A stretch of 44,434 nucleotides of DNA from Batkoa obscura (Eukaryota), in the NCBI GenBank assembly GCA_030770535.1, contig JASVEC010000131.1, positions 1-44,434 of the forward strand, written 5' to 3'. Made by a program: the position numbers and the translations under genes. How positions within the stretch are numbered: position 1 is the stretch's first letter; each line of letters opens with the position of its first letter. Of the stretch, positions 34,280 through 44,434 are shown piece by piece. The notes under the pieces were generated by a model, which saw only the letters and a program-made list of their open reading frames with translations, was not told where the DNA came from and made no database searches.

Positions 34280-35400
34280 AACTTAAAATAATAGGTTTAT
34301 TGCTTCCTTTTCTTTTGTAATAATAAATACTAAACAAGATAAATTATAAATCCAACATAGCGCTAATAGCTCGTCCAGTTATTTATTTTTAACATTATAG
34401 GTAGATCAATATCCCAATTCATGAATTAGCTCTTCATTTTTAAAAAAATAACTGGAGCAACTTTGTTATCATCTTTATAAACTGCAAACGGAAGTAACAA
34501 ATGATCATGATAAAGTACAATACACTTAGTATTTACATCAATGTTAGGCATGTAGTGATTAGACCAAGTTGACTTTTCTAAATAAAGAATATATAATTTA
34601 AATGGTTACTCAAATACAAGATAGACCAGATTTTTGTTTCTTGTATAAACACTTTTTAGTATCTTTAAATGTGGTGGTAAAATCCCACCTATGTATTTTT
34701 TGTTTATGATACTATTTTTAAGGTTAATTGAATTTACAAAATTATTTAAAGGATACTGCTCATCGTTACCATTAATGAGATAAAATATATCATTATAAAC
34801 TTCCATTATTGCCACGCCGATATAGCTCAAGTTATCTTTATATGATTTAATAACTTCTCTTTTTCATTACAAATCGATATTCTACTTTTAGAATTATTGT
34901 TTTTTCTGACTTTATTTCAGTATAATATGAAAAATATTTATCTAGATTAGGATCATCTTGGGTAATAATAAATTCGTTAATATCATCTTCCAATATATCT
35001 ACTGCCTGACTAAATGGTTCAAGACTGCTTTCTTCAGAATTCTAACTTTTATTACTAATATCGTAGTAGTATACTAAAGGCCCGCCTGATATCATAAATA
35101 TACTGATCATTTTATTTGGATCACTTCAGGCACTACTGTATTTTAATTGAGGATCAAGTTTCTCACATTTAAAATAATGATCCTATCTGAGACTTGAGTT
35201 TATGTCATAAACTGAGCCATATAGGCCTAAGCTATAGGTTGTATGATTTATAGATCATCTGTTACCACATTCAATATATTCACCACCAAACATATATAAC
35301 TTGCTATTAATTTTAGAGCATTTTCTAGAGTTCAAAAAAGAGAAATTTCCATCATTTGTAGCGCAGTTACTATCAAGAAAACAATGATTAAAAATAACTT
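34280..35400 (-). pseudogene. Decayed Kelch-repeat protein with C-terminal TM segment
   Basis: Fragments CSKINSKLYMFGGEY (~35270-35330), NDIFYLING...YIGGILPP (34606-34830) and hydrophobic FILFSIYYYKRKG (~34300-34350); interrupted by stops and frameshifts. Confidence 0.5.
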
Positions 35401-35435
35401 CACTTTTTATCTGGGATCTTAATTATTTAGTTTAT

Positions 35436-35540
35436 ATATGATAGTGTTTTTTTTGTTTCATCACTTTTTTCATTTTTAAACGCTGTTTGAGTGGGAAAAT
35501 TGTTAGCAAAATTCTTAAACAAAAATATATATGCCCATAT
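35436..35540 (+). mobile_element. MITE copy 15
   Basis: ATAT-GATAGTGTTTTTTTTG...GAGTGGGAAAATTGTTAGC...ATATATGCCC-ATAT. Confidence 0.8.
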
Positions 35541-35724
35541 GCTGTTTCCAAGCAACTTATTATAGCTTATCTTTTGGATAATTCAAAATCATCTGCTTTA
35601 ACAATATATATTTAATAACTGTGTTCTTTTATAGGTATTGAATGAGAAAGTCACTTATTATTTATAGATAACTTATTTTAAATATGTACCTCCACTATTT
35701 TATCAGTTATCATACAGCGTTATC

Positions 35725-35826
35725 ATGTGGGGGTGTTTTTTTTAAAGAGTTTTATTAACAATCTTTCCGCTCAAATAGCGCTCAAAAGATGGAAAAAATA
35801 ATAAGGCCAAAAAAACACCCTCATAT
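35725..35826 (-). mobile_element. MITE copy 16 (reverse)
   Basis: ATGT-GGGGGTGTTTTT...CAAATAGCGCTC...GGCCAAAAAAACACCCTC-ATAT. Confidence 0.82.
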
Positions 35827-36503
35827 ACTTTTTAGTAAGGTATTTACTATTATTTACTTTCTAATATACTATCATCATTATTTCACATTTAGTTTTAAAC
35901 ATTATAGCTTTTGTCAAATACAATACTCCAATTAAAATACTTTTTTTGCTGATTTATATACAATTGACAAAAGAAATGGTTTGAATACTTTTATATTATT
36001 TAAGCAGATTTTTACACAAGATACTGTAAAACTACAGAATTTTTTCAAAACACTTTAGTCGTTCCTTACACTCAAACCATATATCAAACGTTACTTCTAC
36101 TTTTACTTTTACTTAATAACTATATTTAATATTTGATAAAATCATATGGTTCTTAAAGTAAAAGAGGTGCCAAGCGCTACGAAGTCAAATATTAAGCAAT
36201 TTTGTTAAACGTCATAAATAAATAATAAATTTTTTAAATTACTGCTTTAAAATTCTCTATATAAATTGTTTAATAGCAATCAACAAATACCTTTATTTAT
36301 TCTTTATTTTCAAACTTAAAACTTAAATAAATCCATTGAGTTAATGATAATAAAAATACTTACTTATAAACTAAAGGAAGTTGATAGATGGTTTTCTCAT
36401 AATAAATTTATGCAGATTAAATAAACAGCCCAAATAATCTGTTATAGCATTAACAATTTTACATAAAAAAGAACGACAAACAGCCAACTTTAAATAAGCC
36501 TAG

Positions 36504-39092
36504 CTAGAATCCACCGTCAAATATTTCAACCTATACATCTTCAATGTTTTTAAATACTTATTATTAATAGTTGAATAGGTTTCTTCATTTTCCGAATAAA
36601 AAGCTAAAAACATAATTAAAATTTAAGCTATAAACCAGATAACAAGAATTTACACAATAAAATAGGGTAGCTGGAAATAAGGGCGATAGTAGTGGGGTTG
36701 GGTAATTGGAGGATAGAGCCAAGTAATTTCTTTACAGTTTGTGGTTTAAAATAATAAATTTTAGCCAAACTTAAATGAGCAGCACATTGTAATGATTGAT
36801 TTTGTATCATTTTCATTAATTGGATGGAATAATTTAAATAGTTTCTAATAAAGTTGTATAAGTATGCGCTACGTTTATATTTCATATAATCTTACTTTTG
36901 TGTAATTTCATCCTCATTAACTATGCCTTTAAAGTAGTATAATTTAGATTCAATTACATTAGATTTAATATATTCACTAGAATCGATTTTATCAATAAAA
37001 TATTCAACCTAAAAAAATTGTTAATACTAATTTTAATAACTAAAAGCGTTTACCTTTAGTTTAGCTTGTTTGTTTTGATCTAATTGCATACTAATAAGAT
37101 TAAGATAGATCGATATTTTGAAGTTTTCTTCTTTTATAATCTAAAATTGATTGTCAATATTGATATATTTAACTTATGTATAGCATATACCTCTAATAAG
37201 CACTCGTAATACTTTTTGGCTTTATCAAAATTAGCTAGCGACTGATAGTATAAAGCCAAAAGATAAATAAAATAATTTAAGTAGTCATCCTCAATGGATT
37301 TCTTTTTAATCAGTAAGATACTATTTAAGCAAATCTAGAGGGAGATAATAATAAATTATCAATTATGTTAATAACTTTATGTATTACTTTTTTTGCCAAT
37401 TGAAAATTTTCACTTAAGATCAGATGCTCTGTGTAATACAAATTTAAATTCAACATTGATTTTAAGTCCCATAATTTGTTATCAACGTCTAGAATCAATC
37501 TTATTAGTTTATTTTATAATATGAATTATCATACATACCTTGGCTTAGATTTTCATTTGCGTTATTATTAGTGCTCACTTTAATCATGTTAATTAATTTC
37601 GATTATATATTATCTAATCATGCTTACTCTTTAATAGATTAAATCCATTGTTAAACTGCTCCGTAATTGTGCTATTACTCACTCCTTTAACACAGAATAA
37701 ATTTAATAATTGATACACACATCTGATTTGCTGTTGATTTAGCCAATTAACTTTAATTCTTTTACTTATATTTTCTTCATTTAATTTGTAATCAAGCTAT
37801 ATGATATATTGTTATTATATATTAATATAAAATATATATGAATTACATTAAAATCAAAATCGAAATCAAAACCACTTAAATCAAATTGACTTAATACTTG
37901 GCTTGAGCCATTTAAATCACCAGAATAAATCAAAGCAACGGCATTGAATGTTTTTAACAATACGTTTTGTTGCTGCTGATTATCACTATTAGTATTGTTG
38001 TCATTGAACTCGTTAATTAAATTTAAAGCCAATTTAATGGATTTGAATCTCAAACGGAATTCTATTAATTTAAGGTAAAGCAAATCCTAAATTAAACAGT
38101 AGTGTAAATGTTGAAATAAAAATTAATAAATAGAACTTACGCCCACTCCAATATCCTTTTCTCTTTTAGCGTATTCCATTAATTCTTCAATAAAGTTAAG
38201 AAACTGGTTTTTGTATTCGATTTTAATAAAGACATTCAACAATAGCACTCCAATACTATACACCCATTCTTTATAACCTAATCTAAAATAAAAATAGTTA
38301 ATTTCATCTCATTTTTTGCAATCCAAAAAGCTCAAAAACCTACTGTAAAGCTAAATAATAGCTATCTTTAAGCTCTGAAACTGCCAAATGATATTTTTTA
38401 AAATGGTAATGTAAATTGGCTATTTTGATTCGAATTTGGAATTGTAAACTTCTATCCACTGTAGGCTATAAAGAATTTAATGCATGAACTCAAACTCTTA
38501 ATAAAGACTTACTTTCAAAGCAATCTGTAACTAATTATTTAAAAAGTATAAAATTGAGTATAATAAATGCGGAAATAAAAACCTACTGCTTTCGTCAAAA
38601 CTGCCTGTGCACGAAACTTGTTATCTGTAAATTTTATCAACATTTGTGCCAACTGTATTCGATAATGTATCCCAAGCTTAAGAACATCGACTCCAAATTC
38701 TAGGACTTTGGTATAAGATCCCATTAATTCTTCAATCAATTGAATGGCTCCTTCCAAGCATTTTATCTCACTAATCACTAGACTTTGTTTTTTTTGTACA
38801 ATCTCTAAAGTGTTGGTAAAGTTCTGAATAGATTTCATTTCATTAGCGTAAGAATGAATCAGCTGCTCGAGCACTTTTAACAGCTTAAGGTCCCGATTGA
38901 GTTTTGTTTGATAAATTGATTCTTGGTTGGGATTCACTTTTTCAAGCTTGATACGATGACTTAGATTAATCTTTTTTTGCGGATAGATATGAAGCTCTTT
39001 GGATGGCTCTCGCTTCTTTTCTGTAAATTATGGGGCTGAGTTTTTTGGCTTATATTATTATTGTAGCGTTTACCTGAGTTGGATTCATTCAT
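36504..39092 (-). CDS. MAU2/SCC4-like cohesin loader subunit (TPR-like), multi-exon
   Basis: ATG at 39092 and first intron 39073-39021. EIKCLEGAI and YRIQLAQMLIKFTDNKFRAQAVLTKA resemble the Scc4/MAU2 N-terminus. Further GT-AG introns link helical exons to a stop at 36506-36504; not all junctions verified. Confidence 0.65.
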
Positions 39093-39308
39093 TTTTTAAA
39101 AAAAGCTGAAATTAAATTTTGATTGAAATCAAAAAAAATAGAATAGTTTAGATTTGATCTTATTGGCTGCTCACTTTATCCCTAATAAAATAACCAAGTC
39201 ATTATAAATTTATAATTATAAATCATAACTAAAAATTTAAAATTTAAAAAATATTTATTTAGAAAAATTTTAAATGCTCATATAATGCAAATGTTTTTCA
39301 ACTAGAAA

Positions 39309-41148
39309 CTATTCAAACTTTATACCTTGAGCAAGTGGTAATTGGCCTGAATAATTTATAGTACAAGTGGTACGTTTCATATATTGTTTCCAAGAATCAG
39401 AACCAGATTCACGGCCTCCTCCAGTTTCTTTTTCACCTCCAAAAGCACCTCCGATTTCAGCTCCGTTAGTAGGTATATTTACATTAACAATACCACAATC
39501 TGAACCACATGCTCCAGTCCATTGGAATATGTTTGATGGGTTGCTAGTAAATAAACTAGAACTGAGCCCTTGCTTGACACTGTTATTAAGCTCAATAGCT
39601 TCAGTAAGATTCTATTTGAAACATTAATATTAATTTAAAACTAATTAATCTGAATTTACCTTAAATTTAAATGTATGTAAAATTGGTGCAAAGATTTCAT
39701 GTTGAACTACTTCAGCAGAGTGATCAATTGAAGTTATAGTGGGAGTAACGAAATATCCTTTATCTTCGGATATAACATCTCCTCCATATAATATTTTACC
39801 ACCCTAATAATTGTTCAATTATTATGAGTCTGCTAGTACTAAAGTTCAAATTACCTGTTCTTTGATTTGTTCAATACCTTTCTTAAAGTTATTTAAAGAT
39901 ACTTTCGAGTGAAGAGGGCCACATAATACGCCGTCTATAAAGTATAAGTTATAAATTGAATGATAATAAATAAAATTACCTTCAAGTGGGTTTCCAATTT
40001 TAACTTGCTTATATGCAGCAATTAATTTTTCAATAAATGAATCGTAAATTGATTCATGCAAGAATAGCCTTCTTGTAGTCGTACAGCGTTGGCCACAGGT
40101 GCCAACAGCAGCAAATAAAACAGAGCGTACGGCCAAATCCATATCAGCATCTTCCATGACGATAATGGCATTATTACCTCCTAACTCAAGGATAAGCTTA
40201 CCAAATCTGTTTTGTACAACTTGAGCTACTTGACGACCAACAGCAGTACTTCCAGTAAATGAAACTAATTTAACCCTTTCATCTTCAGTAAGTGCTTTAC
40301 CAACATCAACATCACCTAAACATAATGAACAGAGGGCACCTGAAATACCATTGCTTTCAAGCACTTTAGCAACAATTTTAGTTACTGCAACAGAAGTTAA
40401 GTTGGTAGTAGGAGATCCCTTCCATACAACAGAGTTACCACATACTAAAGCTAAGGCAGCATTCCATCCATAAACAGCGACTGGAAAATTGAAAGCTGAA
40501 ATGACACCAATAACACCTAATGGATGCCATTGCTCCATCATAAAATGGCCAGGACCTAAATTTATTAATATAATATAGCTTATAGTATTTATTTAACTTA
40601 CGTTCTGATGGCACAACTTTTCCATTAATCATACGAGAAAGACCAACAGCATAATCAGCAATATCTACATATTCTTGTACTTCTCCGATACCTTCAGCTA
40701 CAATTTTACCCATTTCTAAAGCTACTAATTTGCCTAAAGGTTCAAGCTTGTCATTCAAAGCATTACGAATTTGACGCACAATTTCTCCTCGACGTGGTGC
40801 TGGGGTCTATAATCAAAGATAAGTCTTATTTATTTGTATTAACCTATTTTTAACTCACTTCTCTCCATGATAAATAAGCTTCATGTGCTTTTGTAATAGC
40901 AGTATTAAGCTCTTCAATAGTACCCTAGAAATATAAACATTTAGAAAACACTCTTATAAAAACGCAAACTAAAAACTCACAGTTCTAACTTTCCCTAAAG
41001 ATTCTCCAGTAGCTGGGTTAAATGATTCAGTAACAGGACCATTACCAGCCCATTCACCATGATATACGCCTGGATTTACTTTATCGAAGCTTAAATCCAA
41101 GTCATTTAAGATACTCTTAGTATCGATATTTTCTACCAAAGAACCCAT
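39309..41148 (-). CDS. ALDH7A1: Aldehyde dehydrogenase family 7 (antiquitin / aminoadipate-semialdehyde dehydrogenase), 7 exons
   Basis: [82 protein letters not shown] and C-terminal [10 protein letters not shown]. Confidence 0.95.
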
Positions 41149-42339
41149 TTTAATAGCTGATTATAATATCACAAATAATATAAATTTAAAAGTTTAAATA
41201 AATTTCAGTTTAAACCTTTTATATACCCTTCTTTCTAAGCTTTTTCTTTATATCATCAGGTCATTCCTTTACTTAGCTTAATTAGTGACGTTTAGTCACT
41301 CCTCAATTAACCCGAGGTAGTGACATAAAAAATGTAACAAATCATTACTGAACTTTGAAACCTTTAGGATCAGCTGCTTAACTTTACGAACATAAAATTT
41401 GAAACTTAACTAAGGAGCTAGCCACTCCCTTCCAATGCCCTAACAATCCTAGCTCTATGCGCTTAATTTGTCTTCTAAGGGGCGTGAGAATAAACTGATG
41501 TTGTTTTCGATAAGCCAATCAAATTTTGTTTCCCTATAGAAAGTTGCTTTTAATTGAAGAATTATGATCAGTTGATTAATTCGAAAATTATCTAAATGAA
41601 AACACAGTTTTAAAACTTGACCAATTCGATAAGGTTATTAAATGCTCCTGTTTTTGACACATTTTATAAAAAAAGGGTGATGTCACAAAAAGAAGTTTTT
41701 ATGGTATATTAAAAGGAATAAAAATTAATTAGTTTTGTAATTTAAAAGTTTATATTTTTTATGTTACATAAAGCGAAAGACTATAAATAAAATCTAACTA
41801 TTAAACGTATTGGATTTTTGTTTTATTTAGCAATCTTTGTAATAATTGTTTAAGGTTTAAATTTAAATTGATAGTAAAAAAAGCTCAATCGGATCAAAAT
41901 ATTTGTTCAATTAGACTGAATTAAACAAGTATTGCTTATCTTAATCTTACTTCGGAATAAAATCTGAACAAGTCATACTCATCATTGATATCTAGGAAGT
42001 CAACAATTTATTTTCATGTCCATAATATAAATAAACGTTTTGATTTAAGCAAAATAAAGTTTCGACTATTAATATTGATATGATAATATTATAAACTTAA
42101 CAAGTAAGCGTTTATTATTGGAATTTCCATATTAACTTTTATATTTAAAGAAAAATTATGAGAGTTCAGTAATTGACTTATACTACTGATAGCAGTTAGA
42201 ATCAAATGCCTACAGCTCCAATTTCAACTTAATAACTAAACATGGGGCTATGTTTTTGTGTTTAAGAATTTTATTAATTCAATGCACCTAGTTTTGGATG
42301 TTTATTTAAAAATAGTATAAAAGCTTTAAGCAAACAAAA

Positions 42340-42446
42340 GTATGGGGATGTGTTTTTGTATTTAAGAATTTTACTAGCAATTTTTCCACTCAAATAGCGC
42401 TTAAAAGGTGGAAAAAGTAATGAAGCCAAAAAAAACATCCCCGTAT
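42340..42446 (-). mobile_element. MITE copy 17 (reverse)
   Basis: GTAT-GGGGATGTGTTTTTG...AAAAAAAACATCCCC-GTAT; non-palindromic 4-bp direct repeat. Confidence 0.9.
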
Positions 42447-42484
42447 TATTTTTACATTTATATTTAAAATTATAATAAAATATA

Positions 42485-42589
42485 ATATAAGGATGTTTTT
42501 TTGGTTTTATTACTTTTTCCATTTTTAAGCACTATTTAAGTGGAAAAATTGTTAATAGAACCCTTAAACAAAAAAATACATCACCATAT
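42485..42589 (+). mobile_element. MITE copy 18
   Basis: ATAT-AAGGATGTTTTTTGG...AAAAAATACATCACC-ATAT. Partial termini also occur at ~14205-14227, 42241-42276 and 42989-43022. Confidence 0.82.
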
Positions 42590-43622
42590 AAAATAAATTT
42601 TAATAAGTTACTTAAAATTCAGGTATTATTAATTTAATAAAATCAATTTGATTTAGTCTAATTTTTTGGAATTTTTGTGTTTAAATTAAATTAAATTAAA
42701 CTAAATTACTTACTATTAACTTATTTAAATGAACATATTTGTTATAATATTATAATATTTATATTATAGATACAAAGGTCATTACTTTTAAGATTATCAT
42801 ATTTGGTTAAAAACACTGTAAATAAAATAGCATTATTTACGTAAATTAATCTAAGTAAAGAAATTTTAAAATTGATTTTAAAATCAATTTAAGCTTTTAA
42901 TAGTGTAATAAAATAATGCCAATTATAAAAGCAAATTTTATAACTTATAGCCTGGTTATTTAAATATTATTATACTTTGCTTTTATATTAAAATTCTCAA
43001 ACACAAAAATATATCCTCACATTTTATTATATGATTAAACTTTAAAGTTTATTTACATTTCCAGCTTTTTGTTATAAAATACTTATACTTTTTAGTTATA
43101 TTAAACAATATTTTAATATAATTATTCCTTTTTTTAATATTATTATTAATATAATTTTGTGAAATATCGCTTTATCAGCCCCATGGTTAATTATAGCATA
43201 ATAATCGCTTAAGCTGTTGTGTTCTCAAGTCCAGAGAAAATCAATCCCATGGTCTTAGTTTGATTTGCTTTAAGAATTTCTAGCTCTATCTCAAAGAATA
43301 TTGTCTTCTCATTTTGATATTTATACTCTGAAAAGTATAAAATAGATTTTAGAGTATAGTGATTCGAGGCTTTTCAACTGAATTATTCTCTGATATCTTG
43401 AACATTTAATAAAGTCACTAAGTTTTCTTAATAGTATTTTACGTAGATTTTACATTAGTATTGTCTATTCTATTTATTTTACACAGTCTGTAGCCTATTA
43501 CGAGCTATTCATCATAATCTAAGTTTATCTTAGTCACATAAACTAAGACCTTTCGACTTATAGTGTAGTCAACCCAGCAATAACTGTTCTTGACTCCAAA
43601 CCCTGAGCACCAGATTTCACAG

Positions 43623-44434
43623 TTAGGGTTAGGGTTAGGGTTAGGGTTAGGGTTAGGGTTAGGGTTAGGGTTAGGGTTAGGGTTAGGGTTAGGGTTAGGG
43701 TTAGGGTTAGGGTTAGGGTTAGGGTTAGGGTTAGGGTTAGGGTTAGGGTTAGGGTTAGGGTTAGGGTTAGGGTTAGGGTTAGGGTTAGGGTTAGGGTTAG
43801 GGTTAGGGTTAGGGTTAGGGTTAGGGTTAGGGTTAGGGTTAGGGTTAGGGTTAGGGTTAGGGTTAGGGTTAGGGTTAGGGTTAGGGTTAGGGTTAGGGTT
43901 AGGGTTAGGGTTAGGGTTAGGGTTAGGGTTAGGGTTAGGGTTAGGGTTAGGGTTAGGGTTAGGGTTAGGGTTAGGGTTAGGGTTAGGGTTAGGGTTAGGG
44001 TTAGGGTTAGGGTTAGGGTTAGGGTTAGGGTTAGGGTTAGGGTTAGGGTTAGGGTTAGGGTTAGGGTTAGGGTTAGGGTTAGGGTTAGGGTTAGGGTTAG
44101 GGTTAGGGTTAGGGTTAGGGTTAGGGTTAGGGTTAGGGTTAGGGTTAGGGTTAGGGTTAGGGTTAGGGTTAGGGTTAGGGTTAGGGTTAGGGTTAGGGTT
44201 AGGGTTAGGGTTAGGGTTAGGGTTAGGGTTAGGGTTAGGGTTAGGGTTAGGGTTAGGGTTAGGGTTAGGGTTAGGGTTAGGGTTAGGGTTAGGGTTAGGG
44301 TTAGGGTTAGGGTTAGGGTTAGGGTTAGGGTTAGGGTTAGGGTTAGGGTTAGGGTTAGGGTTAGGGTTAGTTAGGGTTAGGGTTAGGGTTAGGGTTAGGG
44401 TTAGGGTTAGGGTTAGGGTTAGGGTTAGGTTAGG
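43623..44434 (+). repeat. Telomere, (TTAGGG)n, ~135 units
   Basis: G-rich-strand TTAGGG array running to the end of the sequence; variants TTAG at ~44367 and TTAGG at ~44425. Confidence 0.99.

Noticed and set aside
37781..37850. Apparent premature stop in the MAU2-like gene
   Set aside because: Removed by a GTAATT...CATATAG intron that joins DFDFN to LDYKLNEEN.
39367..39627. Short antisense or alternate-frame ORFs (3380, 4280, 4299, 4465, 5201, 18366, 18663, 22684, 22890, 22930, 24553, 26178, 28203, 30815, 39367)
   Set aside because: They are shadows of well-supported genes and have no independent motifs.
41430..41450. CCCTAAC as a telomerase RNA template or internal telomere seed
   Set aside because: A single 7-mer is expected by chance, and there is no supporting structure.
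1743..42589. Dispersed repeats as a CRISPR array, tRNA or SINE
   Set aside because: Eukaryotic context, no regular spacers, no cloverleaf or A/B boxes, no poly-A tail; TIRs plus target duplications indicate a MITE.
44360..44434. Variant telomere units TTAG and TTAGG
   Set aside because: Isolated and near the contig end; likely base-calling error or ordinary telomerase slippage.

Overview
Very AT-rich, intron-containing fungal DNA running into a chromosome end: a (TTAGGG)n telomere occupies 43623-44434. Gene content (Zn2Cys6 factors, expanded F-box/LRR genes, short ~45-65 nt introns) suggests an early-diverging fungus such as Conidiobolus/Entomophthoromycotina; this is inference only. Conserved genes: NDUFAF8-like twin-CX9C protein and DPH3 (both spliced and missed by the ORF track), a histidine acid phosphatase, TSPO, an ENA-type P-ATPase, a MAU2/SCC4-like cohesin loader and ALDH7. 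Accessory content: four intronless Zn2Cys6 paralogs (one frameshifted), three F-box/LRR genes, decayed Kelch-like genes and two identical copies of an 80-aa secreted 8-Cys peptide. Two structures stand out. (1) An ~100-bp MITE with GGGG...CCCC termini and 4-bp, mostly ATAT, target duplications, present in 18 near-full copies and carrying a 35-codon basic open frame. (2) An old ~5-kb inverted duplication (peptide - Kelch relic - Zn2Cys6 gene) mirrored around the ATPase, in which only the 596-bp peptide cassette is still nearly identical.
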